Source of the DNA: a virus
DNA: 64,000 nt
Reading direction: 5' to 3' (one strand)
Virus record (IMG/VR): IMGVR_UViG_3300025889_000075
Span: 91,132 to 155,131 of that record
The position numbers and the translations under genes are program-made. Each line of letters starts with the position of its first letter. Positions within the stretch are counted from its first letter, which is position 1. Under the pieces are notes generated by a model that ran no database searches, was not told the DNA's origin, and saw nothing but the letters and a program-made list of their open reading frames with translations. Positions 10,561-20,715 of this stretch are shown piece after piece.

Positions 10561-11088
10561 ATGGCAATTTTAGGAGTCGATGACTTTAAATCCAAACTGA
10601 AAGGTGGAGGTGCGCGTCCCAATCTATTCAAAGCGACCATAAACTTTCCAGTATACGCAGGTGGAGATGTTGAATTAACATCTTTCCTTTGCGAAGCAGC
10701 ACAATTGCCTGGATCAACGATCGGGTTGATCACAGTACCGTTTCGCGGTAGGCAATTAAAAATTGCTGGAGATCGTACGTTCGAACCATGGACAGTGACA
10801 GTTATCAATGATACTGATTTCGCTGTTCGTGATTCAATGGAACGTTGGATGAATGGTATGAACGAACATTCAGCAAATACGGGATTAACCAATCCTGTTG
10901 ATTATCAAGCAGACCTTTTGGTCGAGCAACTTGATAAAGACGGTACCTCTGTTAAGAAGTATAACTTCAGGGGTTGTTTCCCAACAAACGTAAGTCCGAT
11001 TGATGTCAACTATGCTACTGTAGATGACATCGAAAGGTTTACGGTTGAGTTCCAGATTCAATACTGGGAATCAAATACCACGAGTTAA
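10561..11088 (+). CDS. g19: tail tube protein gp19
   Basis: GGARPNLF, VPFRGRQLKIAGDRTFEPW. Confidence 0.95.
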   Translation: MAILGVDDFKSKLKGGGARPNLFKATINFPVYAGGDVELTSFLCEAAQLPGSTIGLITVPFRGRQLKIAGDRTFEPWTVTVINDTDFAVRDSMERWMNGMNEHSANTGLTNPVDYQADLLVEQLDKDGTSVKKYNFRGCFPTNVSPIDVNYATVDDIERFTVEFQIQYWESNTTS

Positions 11089-11105
11089 TCTCAAAATAAA
11101 TACTT

Positions 11106-11129
11106 GGGACTTCATTAATTTGGAGTCCC
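11106..11129 (+). promoter_or_regulatory. intergenic hairpin after g19, just downstream of a late-promoter variant AATAAATA (11095-11102)
   Basis: GGGACTTCA-ttaatt-TGGAGTCCC; weak U-tract. Confidence 0.5.
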
Positions 11130-11156
11130 TTGTGTTTAACACTGTGAGAAAATTAA

Positions 11157-12731
11157 ATGGCAGACGACAGCGTTTTAAAATTATTTGGATTTGAAATAAA
11201 AAGGGCAGGAGCGAAGGAGAAAAAAGTTCTCCCTTCAGTCGTTCCACCTGTTGATGATGATGGAGCAGGATATGTTTCTGCTACCGCTGGTCATTATGGT
11301 CAATACATTAACATGGATGGTGATAACTCTAAGGATAATCATCATCTTATTTTGAGATATCGCGGTGTAGCGATGCATCCTGAAGTTGATATGGCGATTG
11401 AAGAAATCGTTAATGAATCAATTTCAGCGTCAGAATTAGAATCAACTGTTGAGTTATCGCTCGACAAAGTTGAAGCACCAGATAAAATCAAAGATCAAAT
11501 TACGGAAGAGTTTGAGAATATTGTTTCAATGTTAAAGTTCAATGAACTTGGGCATGATATTTTCAGATCTTGGTATGTTGACGGTCGAATCTATTATCAT
11601 CTACTAGTAAACGAAAGCAATCTCAAAGCAGGTATTCAAGAGATTAGAAGTATTGACGCGTCAAAGATTCGCAAAGTGAAAAACATTAAGTATAAAAAAG
11701 ATCCGATTACTGGGGCAAAACTCGTTGACAAAATAGACGAATTCTATATTTTTGAAGATAAACCAGGACAGCAAAATTCTGGTGTTAAAATGTCTCTTGA
11801 CTCGATCACATATGTGACTTCGGGCATGTTAGACGAAACAAAGAAAAAAGTAGTTTCACATTTACATAAAGCATTAAAACCCATCAACCAGTTACGTATG
11901 ATGGAAGACTCTCTTGTAATCTATCGATTAGCAAGAGCACCTGAAAGAAGAATCTTTTATATTGATGTTGGTAATTTACCTACAGGTAAAGCAGAACAAT
12001 ATATGAAAGATATTATGGCGAAATATCGTAACAAATTAGTTTACGACGCCAGCACAGGTGAAATGAAAGATGATCGTAAACATATGTCAATGCTTGAAGA
12101 CTTTTGGTTGCCTCGTCGTGAAGGTGGTAGAGGTACTGAAATCTCTACATTGCCTGGTGGCGAGAACCTTGGTCAGATTGATGATATAATTTATTTTCAA
12201 AAGAGATTATATCGTTCATTGAATGTTCCAATAAACCGTTTGGAACAAGAAGCACAGTTTTCTTTGGGTCGTTCAACAGAAATTACTAGGGACGAACTAA
12301 AGTTTCAAAAGTTTATTGATAGATTGAGAAAGAAATTTGCTAACGTATTTCTCAATATCCTCAAGAAACAACTTATCCTTAAAGGTGTTATTACTGATCA
12401 AGATTGGGATGAGTGGAAAAACGACATTGTAGTAGATTTCGTTAAAGATAACCATTTCACAGAATTGAAAGAAATGGAAATCCTTAGAGAGAAATTGAAT
12501 ACAATGAATGAGATTCAACCGTTCGTTGGAGAATTCTTCTCTAAAGAATGGATTATGAAAAATGTTATGAGATTATCTGATGAAGATATCGAAGACATGA
12601 AGAAAGAAATTGATCAAGAGATCAGTTCTGGTGATATTGATACAGGCGAAGAAGAGGGTCAACCTCCTGAATCTGCTCCAGCAGCACAGGAAAAGAAACC
12701 TCAGCCACCTAAAGCAGAGAAAGAGGAGTAA
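11157..12731 (+). CDS. g20: portal protein gp20
   Basis: YRLARAPERRIFYIDVGNLP, MLEDFWLPRREGGRGTEI. Confidence 0.97.
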   Translation: MADDSVLKLFGFEIKRAGAKEKKVLPSVVPPVDDDGAGYVSATAGHYGQYINMDGDNSKDNHHLILRYRGVAMHPEVDMAIEEIVNESISASELESTVELSLDKVEAPDKIKDQITEEFENIVSMLKFNELGHDIFRSWYVDGRIYYHLLVNESNLKAGIQEIRSIDASKIRKVKNIKYKKDPITGAKLVDKIDEFYIFEDKPGQQNSGVKMSLDSITYVTSGMLDETKKKVVSHLHKALKPINQLRMMEDSLVIYRLARAPERRIFYIDVGNLPTGKAEQYMKDIMAKYRNKLVYDASTGEMKDDRKHMSMLEDFWLPRREGGRGTEISTLPGGENLGQIDDIIYFQKRLYRSLNVPINRLEQEAQFSLGRSTEITRDELKFQKFIDRLRKKFANVFLNILKKQLILKGVITDQDWDEWKNDIVVDFVKDNHFTELKEMEILREKLNTMNEIQPFVGEFFSKEWIMKNVMRLSDEDIEDMKKEIDQEISSGDIDTGEEEGQPPESAPAAQEKKPQPPKAEKEE

Positions 12732-12734
12732 ATT

Positions 12735-13082
12735 ATGTCTGAACAAGAAGCATTGGTTGCCGACGAACAAGAAATTGAAATGCCTTCAAACCAACAGGGT
12801 ATTTTAGATTTTCTTAAACACATTGAAGACGGCGACTTCACTAATGCAGAAAGAGGATTTAATTCTTTAGTCAACGATAAGATCACTGACGTATTAGATC
12901 AAACTAAAATGAAACTCGCCGATCAAATCTTCAATGATTATGAAGACGATGGTGATGATGATGAAGAAATTGAATATGAAGAAGACTTCGACGAAGATGA
13001 TGAAGAAATCGACGAAGAAGACGAAGATGATGATGACGAAGAGTGGGAAGAAGACGACGAAGAAGATCCTTCTGAAAATTAA
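12735..13082 (+). CDS. acidic prohead core protein (gp67-like)
   Basis: Between g20 and g21; long D/E tract. Confidence 0.6.
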   Translation: MSEQEALVADEQEIEMPSNQQGILDFLKHIEDGDFTNAERGFNSLVNDKITDVLDQTKMKLADQIFNDYEDDGDDDEEIEYEEDFDEDDEEIDEEDEDDDDEEWEEDDEEDPSEN

Positions 13083-13087
13083 TTTTT

Positions 13088-13095
13088 TATAAATA
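13088..13095 (+). promoter_or_regulatory. T4-type late promoter (TATAAATA)
   Basis: Exact consensus. Confidence 0.8.
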
Positions 13096-13101
13096 AATAA
13101 C

Positions 13102-13311
13102 ATGAAATCGTTTACACAAATACGAGAAAAGACCAGCAAGATGCCTCCTGGAGAGCATGTCTTTGACAAAAAGGTTGGTAAAGTCAAAGTAATGGTTCAT
13201 AAAACCGATAAGGGATTTGTGGTTTATGTAGACGGTGACAAGTTAGATACATATAGATCTAAATCAGAAGCGCAAAGGATGGGAATCCAATTCGCTAAGG
13301 AACTCAAATGA
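13102..13311 (+). CDS. small head-associated protein with internal-protein-like N-terminus
   Basis: MKSFTQIRE; position upstream of g21. Confidence 0.5.
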   Translation: MKSFTQIREKTSKMPPGEHVFDKKVGKVKVMVHKTDKGFVVYVDGDKLDTYRSKSEAQRMGIQFAKELK

Positions 13312-13973
13312 AACTGATCGCAGAGTATATCGAACACGATTTAGAAGTTATCACCGAGAAAAAAGAAAACGGTGAAAAGTCTTACGCCATTGAAGGCGTT
13401 TTTGCGCAAGCAGAACAAAAGAATCGTAACGGTCGCATTTATCCTCGCCCTATTATGGAAAAGGCAGTCGACAAATATGTGGTTGAACAAGTTTCACAAA
13501 AGAGAGCAGTTGGAGAATTAAATCATCCAGAGGGTCCGACTGTTAATTTAGATAAAGTTTCTCACCTCATCACTGACCTTCGCTTCGAGGGCAATGATGT
13601 GGTTGGAAAAGCATCTATACTGGATACTCCTAATGGCAAGATTGTTAAAGGATTGTTAGATGGGGGCGTCAGATTAGGTGTTTCAACTCGTGGTATGGGT
13701 AGTCTTGAGAATCGTGGTGGTACTATGTACGTTAAGGATGACTTCATTCTTAATACAGTAGACATTGTACAAGATCCATCAGCACCAGCAGCTTTCGTTA
13801 ATGGAATTATGGAAGGTGTTGAATGGGTTTGGAACAATGGCATTATCGAACCTCAAGTAATTGAAGAAATGGAGACTGAAATTAAAACAGCTCCGCGCAA
13901 GCATCTCTACGAGACGCAAGTTCGTGAGTTTAAAAATTTCCTCTCGTTGCTTAAATCGAACTTTAAGGAGTAA
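13308..13973 (+). CDS. g21: prohead protease gp21
   Basis: NRNGRIY, GELNHP, GVSTRGMGS, DIVQDPSAP. Confidence 0.95.
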   Translation: MKLIAEYIEHDLEVITEKKENGEKSYAIEGVFAQAEQKNRNGRIYPRPIMEKAVDKYVVEQVSQKRAVGELNHPEGPTVNLDKVSHLITDLRFEGNDVVGKASILDTPNGKIVKGLLDGGVRLGVSTRGMGSLENRGGTMYVKDDFILNTVDIVQDPSAPAAFVNGIMEGVEWVWNNGIIEPQVIEEMETEIKTAPRKHLYETQVREFKNFLSLLKSNFKE

Positions 13974-13976
13974 AAT

Positions 13977-15017
13977 ATGTCTGAAGAATACTTAGACAAT
14001 GTTGAACTTCACGATGAGGACAACCAAGTCGAGGAAGGTCACGACATGAAAAACGCAGAAGCGCAAAGCGTAGCGTCCGTGGATAAAGCATCTGAACCTG
14101 GCAAAAAAGCAAAAGCTCGTAAGGGTGATAACACTAAACAGGATCCGATGCCGAAAACTAAAGCAGGCATGATCAATGCAATGTATACAAAGATGGCAGG
14201 TATGAAGAAAGAAGACCTCGCTCTCGCGTATTCTAAAATGCATGAAGAGTTTGGCGAAATGGAAGAAGACGAAACTGTCGAACTTCCAGAAATGTCTTAT
14301 GATTTTTCTGCCGAACTTACAGATCTCGTTGAATCAGAATCAACTCTTTCTGATGAATTCAAGTCAAAGACTGCTGTAATTTTCGAAACTGCAATTCGTT
14401 CCAAGATCGCTGAAGAAGTTGATCGATTGGAAGATGATTATCAATCACGACTGGAAGAAGAACTTGAGTCATCACGTTCTGATATGGTCGAGAAGGTTGA
14501 TTCCTACCTCAACTATGTTGTTGAAACTTGGATGGAAGAAAACCGTGTTGCTGTTGAGCAAGGTTTACGTACTGAAATCGCTGAGAACTTTATGGGCAAA
14601 CTCAAGGAGTTGTTTGTTGAGTCTCACATCGAAGTACCTGAGTCCAAAGTTGACCTAGTTGACGAACTCGCTGCACAAGTTGATGAGTTGGAAGAAAAAC
14701 TCAACGCACAAACTTCTGCTGCTATTGCAATGCAAGAAAAAATGGAAGAGTATCAAAGAGAATCTGTGATTCGTGAGAATGCACGTGACCTCGCTGATAC
14801 CGAAGTAGAAAAACTGAGGTCACTCGTATCTTCACTTGACTTTGAAGACCAAGAGTCTTTCGCTCATAAAGTTAAGACTGTTAAAGAATCTTATTTCAAG
14901 AAAGCAGTTGCAACTGAGTCCGAAGAAATCGCTGAAGATTGGAGCGCTGACGTAACTGAAACATCAAGCGCAATGGATCTCTATCTTAAATCAATCAAGA
15001 AAATGCATAAGGAGTAA
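13977..15017 (+). CDS. g22: prohead core scaffold gp22
   Basis: Acidic coiled coil, KVDSYLNYVVETW; synteny. Confidence 0.9.
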   Translation: MSEEYLDNVELHDEDNQVEEGHDMKNAEAQSVASVDKASEPGKKAKARKGDNTKQDPMPKTKAGMINAMYTKMAGMKKEDLALAYSKMHEEFGEMEEDETVELPEMSYDFSAELTDLVESESTLSDEFKSKTAVIFETAIRSKIAEEVDRLEDDYQSRLEEELESSRSDMVEKVDSYLNYVVETWMEENRVAVEQGLRTEIAENFMGKLKELFVESHIEVPESKVDLVDELAAQVDELEEKLNAQTSAAIAMQEKMEEYQRESVIRENARDLADTEVEKLRSLVSSLDFEDQESFAHKVKTVKESYFKKAVATESEEIAEDWSADVTETSSAMDLYLKSIKKMHKE

Positions 15018-15020
15018 ACA

Positions 15021-16376
15021 ATGCAACAAGTTTCTTATGATCAATTAGTTGAGAAATGGGCACCTGTACTCAACGAAGAGTCTGCTGGTAAGATCCAGGA
15101 CGCTCATCGTCGTGCAGTAACTGCCGCTGTTCTCGAAAACCAAGAAATCGCTTTCCGTGAAGAGGCTGCTCAAAATGGAATGCTTAACGAAACTCCAGCA
15201 AACGTAACGACTAACGTTGCTAACTGGAACCCAGTACTTATCGCCCTCGTGCGTCGTGCAATGCCTAACTTGATGGCATATGACGTTTGTGGTGTTCAAC
15301 CTATGTCTGGTCCTACTGGTTTGATCTTCGCTATGAAGTCAACCTATAAGACTACTCGTGGTGGCGCTACTACTGGCGACGAAGCGTTGTTTAATGAACC
15401 ACGCGCCGCATATTCTGGTGATTCATCAATAACTTCATCTGGTTATTCATCAGGTTTGGACGGTGTTACTGATACAGATAACGACAGTTCTATCGCTGAT
15501 TCAGGCGGTTCTTATATTCCTAATGGAATTGGAACTCCTCCTGCTGGTGCTGGTATGTCTACTGCTGACGCTGAATCTTTGGGTAACACTGGATCTGCTT
15601 TTGCAGAAATGGGTTTCACCATTGAAAAAGCAACAGTAACTGCACAATCACGTGCTCTGAAAGCAGAATACACGCTTGAACTCGCTCAAGACTTGAAAGC
15701 AATTCATGGTCTTGACGCTGAGACAGAACTTGCTAATATTCTGTCAACAGAAATCCTTGCTGAGATTAACCGCGAAGTAATTCGTACGATTAACTCTCAA
15801 GCATTGATTGGTGCTACTACGTCTAACCTTCAAACTAAAGGTATTTTTGATCTTTCTACAGACGCTGATGGTCGTTGGTCTGCAGAAAAATTCAAGGGTC
15901 TTGTAGTTCAGTTGGATCGTGAGTGTAACCAAATCGCTAAAGACACTCGTCGTGGTAAGGGTAACGTTGTAATCTGTTCTTCAGATGTCGCGACTGCTCT
16001 TTCTGCTTCAGGTATGCTTGATTATACTCCTGCTATGTCTACTTCTTTGCAAGTTGACGACACAGGTAACACTTTCGCTGGTACTTTGAATGGTCGAGTT
16101 CGCGTTTACATCGATCCATATGCTGGCGCTGACTACATCACAGTTGGTTATAAGGGTACTAACCCATATGACGCTGGTGTGTTCTACTGTCCTTACGTGC
16201 CCCTCCAAATGGTACGTGCGGTTGGTGAGAATGACTTCCAGCCACGTATCGGGTTCAAGACTCGTTATGGCATGGCTTCCAACCCATACGTTGGTTCAAC
16301 TCCTGCTAACGGTCTTGCTACAGTACGTACTAACCAATACTATCGTATCTTCCGCGTCGATAATATTTTGACCTAA
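15021..16376 (+). CDS. g23: major capsid protein gp23
   Basis: GVQPMSGPTGLIFAM, ELAQDLKAIHGLDAE, QPRIGFKTRYG. Confidence 0.98.
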   Translation: MQQVSYDQLVEKWAPVLNEESAGKIQDAHRRAVTAAVLENQEIAFREEAAQNGMLNETPANVTTNVANWNPVLIALVRRAMPNLMAYDVCGVQPMSGPTGLIFAMKSTYKTTRGGATTGDEALFNEPRAAYSGDSSITSSGYSSGLDGVTDTDNDSSIADSGGSYIPNGIGTPPAGAGMSTADAESLGNTGSAFAEMGFTIEKATVTAQSRALKAEYTLELAQDLKAIHGLDAETELANILSTEILAEINREVIRTINSQALIGATTSNLQTKGIFDLSTDADGRWSAEKFKGLVVQLDRECNQIAKDTRRGKGNVVICSSDVATALSASGMLDYTPAMSTSLQVDDTGNTFAGTLNGRVRVYIDPYAGADYITVGYKGTNPYDAGVFYCPYVPLQMVRAVGENDFQPRIGFKTRYGMASNPYVGSTPANGLATVRTNQYYRIFRVDNILT

Positions 16377-16423
16377 TAAGAAGAACAATAGTTGCCGATT
16401 GGTGACATCCATTCGGATTAATT

Positions 16424-16448
16424 GGGGGACTTCGGTCCCCCTTTTTTT
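16424..16448 (+). terminator. rho-independent terminator after g23
   Basis: GGGGGAC-TTCG-GTCCCCC followed by T7. Confidence 0.9.
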
Positions 16449-16461
16449 GCGTCAAATTTAT

Positions 16462-16469
16462 TATAAATA
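16462..16469 (+). promoter_or_regulatory. T4-type late promoter (TATAAATA)
   Basis: Exact consensus. Confidence 0.8.
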
Positions 16470-16497
16470 GAGTTGTAATATTACTCGTGAGAATTCC

Positions 16498-17730
16498 ATG
16501 GCAACAGTTAATCTTAAAGAAGTAATGGAAGCAGTACAAAAGAAAATTTATGCTGCTGATTCTTCTACCTCTAATCTTCAAGATTTAATCTATCTTCTCA
16601 AAGCAGCAAAAAGAGGAGATGGTACTATGGTTCAGCAGGTAGCGTCTGCTTCTGTTTTGCCTGATTTAACTGACAGTGCTGCTGATACTGAGATGATAGC
16701 ATTCGTACAGAATGAAGGCAAGTTGTATTTTAAACAGGACAGTTCTGGTACGACTGTTTGGAAAACGTATACAGTAACTCCGTCAGCACCATCATTTGTT
16801 TATGGTGGCGAAACGAGTGGATTTTTTTCTGGTTCTTTATTATATCCAGGAGGCGGCGGGACAAGCAGTTCATCAATCATAAAAATTCCATTTACGTCCG
16901 ATACAGGATCTAGTTCTCAAGGGAGCACAACTGTTGCGATGAATAATGCGCACGGATGGTCTAATTCTACAAATGGATATATTGCTGGTGGTTCAAGCAG
17001 TCCAGTTACTGCCTTCGACTTAACGCAGATTGAAAAATTCCCAATGTCTTCTGCAGCGAGTTCTTCTGACACTGGTGCAGATCTGTCCACTTTTCGCGGT
17101 GGCGGCGCTGCCAACCACAATGAAAGTTACGGGTACGCTACAGCAGGTAATCCTGTTGCTTCACCTACTGTTGCTAACGCTACTGATAAATATACTTTTG
17201 CGAACGAAACATCAAATGCTGCTATAATCTCAGGACTAACAAACGTCAGTCCTCAGATGCGTTATTCTAGTGGAGTCCCTAGTCCAACATATGCTTATAT
17301 AGCAGGTGGACAAAACCCTGCTGTAAGTGCTTATCTTAACAATATTGAAAAATTTCCTTTCGCTGCTGAAGATACTGTTAGTGATGTTGGTGATTTATTT
17401 TTAGCACATCACTCTGGTGCTGCAGTAGCGTCAACAGAAAATGGTTACATTATGGGAGGAAACATTAGTCCTACTTACACTAATACAATTCAAAAATGGT
17501 CTTTTAGTTCTGACGGTAATGGTACTGATGTAGCAGATTTAACAGCTGCCAGTTATGGATCAGGTGGTTGTTCTTCAACGACTGCTGGATATAAAGCAGG
17601 TGGTATCATTACATCACCAACCTTTACTACGTTGACAAATACTGAAAAATTCACTTTTTCATCTGAGTCCAATTCTTCGAATATAGGTACAAGTCCGATC
17701 GGTTCTGATGCAGCAACCCAACAGGTATAA
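16498..17730 (+). CDS. repeat (beta-propeller-like) putative virion protein, paralogue of 257..1507
   Basis: Several GY-x-x-GG...IEKFPF...DVGDL repeats; late promoter. Confidence 0.65.
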   Translation: MATVNLKEVMEAVQKKIYAADSSTSNLQDLIYLLKAAKRGDGTMVQQVASASVLPDLTDSAADTEMIAFVQNEGKLYFKQDSSGTTVWKTYTVTPSAPSFVYGGETSGFFSGSLLYPGGGGTSSSSIIKIPFTSDTGSSSQGSTTVAMNNAHGWSNSTNGYIAGGSSSPVTAFDLTQIEKFPMSSAASSSDTGADLSTFRGGGAANHNESYGYATAGNPVASPTVANATDKYTFANETSNAAIISGLTNVSPQMRYSSGVPSPTYAYIAGGQNPAVSAYLNNIEKFPFAAEDTVSDVGDLFLAHHSGAAVASTENGYIMGGNISPTYTNTIQKWSFSSDGNGTDVADLTAASYGSGGCSSTTAGYKAGGIITSPTFTTLTNTEKFTFSSESNSSNIGTSPIGSDAATQQV

Positions 17731-17733
17731 ACA

Positions 17734-18255
17734 ATGGCATTAACAACAAACATTAATTACCTGCAACCTACTGGGTTTGGTATCACGATTAATCGTGAAA
17801 ACTATCCAAACCTTGAATATTTTGCGCAGGCAGTTTATCATCCAACTGTTAATGTTTCTGGCGTAGAATTACCCGTTAGAAGAACTCGTCTTGCTTTTCC
17901 TGGTGATAATATCTCGTTTGGAGATCTTAACGTTACTTTCTTAATTGACGAAGATATGAACTCGTATACTGAAATGTATAATTGGTTGGTTCGTATTATT
18001 CAAAAAAACAACACTACATCATTTAAAGGTATTAGTCTTGGAGGTTTCGATGAAGAAACTATTACAGAAATTCCAACAGAGTGTGACATCACAGTATCAA
18101 TGCTTACTTCTTCGAACAACCCTAATAAGAGAATACGATATTATAATGCCTTTCCTACCTCTATTAGCGATATTGAAATGACAGCGACTCAAACTGACAT
18201 CACACCACTTGTTTTCACATCATCATTTAGATTTGCTTATTTCGAAATAGTATAG
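17734..18255 (+). CDS. g3: tail completion/tube terminator gp3-like
   Basis: NYLQPTGF, FLIDEDMNSY.E...W, FPTS. Confidence 0.8.
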   Translation: MALTTNINYLQPTGFGITINRENYPNLEYFAQAVYHPTVNVSGVELPVRRTRLAFPGDNISFGDLNVTFLIDEDMNSYTEMYNWLVRIIQKNNTTSFKGISLGGFDEETITEIPTECDITVSMLTSSNNPNKRIRYYNAFPTSISDIEMTATQTDITPLVFTSSFRFAYFEIV

Positions 18256-18285
18256 TATACTAACTCTTTTGACTGAAATTACATT

Positions 18286-18729
18286 ATGAACCTGAATAAA
18301 ATCCTCGAAGAGTGGAAAGAAGATTCACAACTAGAATCTAACTACCTTGACGAATCTTCTAGATTGACTCCTTTTCTTCATTCTAAATATCTAGAACTGC
18401 TTTCTAATGCTAAGTTACAATTAAAACAGGCAGAGTATAAACAGAAATCATTAATGAAAAAGAAATGGTTATGGTATAATGGTAAACTGAGTCAGCAAGA
18501 AGTTGAAGAACTCGGGTGGGACCCAGACCCATTTGATGGTCTTAAAATACTTAAAGGCGAGATGGAACATTATGTTAATGCTGATCCAGAGCTCGTTGAA
18601 TCGCAAGCGAAAATAGATTACCTTACTACTGTAATAGATACATTGAAAGAAATACTTTCTCATATAACATGGCGCCATCAAACAATTAAGAACATGATTG
18701 ATTGGCGTAAGTTTGAATCAGGCGTTTAA
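18286..18729 (+). CDS. uvsY: recombination mediator UvsY
   Basis: LHSKYL, IKNMIDWRKFESG. Confidence 0.85.
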   Translation: MNLNKILEEWKEDSQLESNYLDESSRLTPFLHSKYLELLSNAKLQLKQAEYKQKSLMKKKWLWYNGKLSQQEVEELGWDPDPFDGLKILKGEMEHYVNADPELVESQAKIDYLTTVIDTLKEILSHITWRHQTIKNMIDWRKFESGV

Positions 18730-20210
18730 TGGAAACCATAGAAACAACACTGAAAGATTATAGCATGATTCGCGTGAATTGTTCTAGCGGTATTGCTCAA
18801 GAACTTTCAGATTATTTTTGTTTCTTTGTTCCTGGTTATAAGTTTATGCCAGCGTATCGCCGTAAAGTTTGGGACGGTAAGATACGTTTATTTAATCGAA
18901 CCAACGGCGAGATTAGTGCAGGTCTTTTCTGGCAGATTAAAAAGTTTGCTATGGAAAGAGGATATGGCGTTTCTGTTAAAGAAACAAAATATGGTTTACC
19001 AAACGATCAAAATAAAGTAAATCATATTGAACTACTCAAAAGCATTTCTCAGTTCGAGAACTTACCTTTCCTACCGCGCGATTATCAGTATGACGCAATA
19101 ACCCACGCAATAGAAAAGAAACGTGCAGTTCTAGTTTCTCCGACGGGTTCAGGTAAATCGTTTATAATCTATTTGTTAATGCGTTGGTTCCTTGAACATA
19201 ACGAAGATCAGAAAGTTTTAATCGTGGTGCCGACTACAGGACTCGTACAACAGATGTATTCTGACTTTGACGAGTACGGGTTTGATTCAGAGACTCATTG
19301 CCACCAGATTTATTCTGGTAAAGATAAAGACACCGACAAAAGAATTATCATTACAACCTGGCAATCTGTTTATAAACTCAGCGGTAAGTGGTTTGAAAAC
19401 ATTGGCGTCATATTCGGCGACGAGTGTCATGGATTTAAAGCGAAGTCTTTATCTTCTATTATGAATAAAGCGATTAATGCTGAGTATCGTTTTGGTACAA
19501 CAGGTACGCTCGACGGAACTCAAACACACAAAATGGTTTTAGAAGGTTTATTTGGTCCTGTTTATAAAGTAACAACAACTGCTAAACTGCAGAAAGAAAA
19601 GAAACTTGCAGACCTAAATATTGATATCATACAACTTACTTATCCTAAGGAAGTATGCGATGGATTCGAAAATAAAACGTATCAAGAAGAAATTGATTTC
19701 TTGGTGGGTCATAGAGGTCGCAATTTATTTATTCGCAATCTATGCTGTAGTTTGGATGGCAACACTCTTGTCTTATTTAATTTGGTAGATAAACACGGTA
19801 AGGTATTAAGAGATTTAATCGAAGACAAACTAGAAACCAAAAGAAAATTATTTTATGTATCTGGCGAAACTAAATCAAGCGATAGAGAATATGTTAGAAA
19901 AATTGTCGAAACTCAAACCGACGCAGTGGTTATCGCATCCTTGGGCACCTTTTCTACTGGGATTAATATTAGGAATTTGCATAATATCATTTTTGCATCT
20001 CCTTCAAAATCTCAAATCAGAGTATTACAGTCAATCGGACGTGGGTTGCGAGTGTCGGAAGATGGTCGCGAAACAAAACTCTACGATATTGCCGATGACT
20101 TACGATCAAAAGGGAAACCAAATTTTACCTTGCAGCACAGCGCCGAAAGAATAAAAATATATAAGAATGAGAAGTTTAATTTTAAAGTTACCAGAGTAAA
20201 TATTTCATGA
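18729..20210 (+). CDS. uvsW: DNA helicase UvsW
   Basis: SPTGSGKS, DECH, LQSIGRGLR. Confidence 0.93.
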   Translation: METIETTLKDYSMIRVNCSSGIAQELSDYFCFFVPGYKFMPAYRRKVWDGKIRLFNRTNGEISAGLFWQIKKFAMERGYGVSVKETKYGLPNDQNKVNHIELLKSISQFENLPFLPRDYQYDAITHAIEKKRAVLVSPTGSGKSFIIYLLMRWFLEHNEDQKVLIVVPTTGLVQQMYSDFDEYGFDSETHCHQIYSGKDKDTDKRIIITTWQSVYKLSGKWFENIGVIFGDECHGFKAKSLSSIMNKAINAEYRFGTTGTLDGTQTHKMVLEGLFGPVYKVTTTAKLQKEKKLADLNIDIIQLTYPKEVCDGFENKTYQEEIDFLVGHRGRNLFIRNLCCSLDGNTLVLFNLVDKHGKVLRDLIEDKLETKRKLFYVSGETKSSDREYVRKIVETQTDAVVIASLGTFSTGINIRNLHNIIFASPSKSQIRVLQSIGRGLRVSEDGRETKLYDIADDLRSKGKPNFTLQHSAERIKIYKNEKFNFKVTRVNIS

Positions 20211-20608
20211 CAATAAGACAAATAAAATTTACGAACGGTGAAGAAATACTTTGCAATGTTATGGAATGGGATGATGAACTTCTCGTTAAAGATGCTATGC
20301 GTATTGAAGCAGTAGGTAGGGGTAATCAAAAGTTTTATGTTTTTCGCCCTTGGTTACATTATCAAGAAAGTCCTTATAATATTATTTCTATTCAGAGCGA
20401 ACACATAACTGCAGTTGCTGATCCTAACACTCATTTAAAAGATCAGTATTTTGATGCTGTACATGATATGCACGACACCGATGAAGAAAGAAACCAATAT
20501 TATTTGGCAGAGAGAATGCAGAAATTAAGTGAGATCGCAGGTTCGATAGCAAACGCACAAGCGTTAGATTCTGCTAAAAATAATATAATTCAGTTCCCAA
20601 GAAATTAG
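20207..20608 (+). CDS. conserved hypothetical (Sm-like) protein between uvsW and g55
   Basis: QIKFTNGEEILC, FRPW; position typical of marine T4-likes. Confidence 0.55.
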   Translation: MTIRQIKFTNGEEILCNVMEWDDELLVKDAMRIEAVGRGNQKFYVFRPWLHYQESPYNIISIQSEHITAVADPNTHLKDQYFDAVHDMHDTDEERNQYYLAERMQKLSEIAGSIANAQALDSAKNNIIQFPRN

Positions 20609-20637
20609 TATGATCCTCCGGCAACCGCTAAGCTCTT

Positions 20638-20666
20638 ATTCTACTGAATTTTTTTAATAAAAGCAA
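20638..20666 (-). promoter_or_regulatory. candidate antisense sigma70 promoter
   Basis: Minus strand TTGCTT-N17-TAGAAT. Confidence 0.5.
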
Positions 20667-20715
20667 CCTTTTTTACAAATTAAATTTATAGTATAATTTT
20701 CTATTTGAGGCAATT

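Noticed and set aside
12940-13075. GAA/GAT/GAC-rich low-complexity tract
   Set aside because: Explained by the acidic tail of the gp67-like protein
16376-17734. Absence of g24 after g23
   Set aside because: Common in marine T4-like phages, and it may lie outside the window
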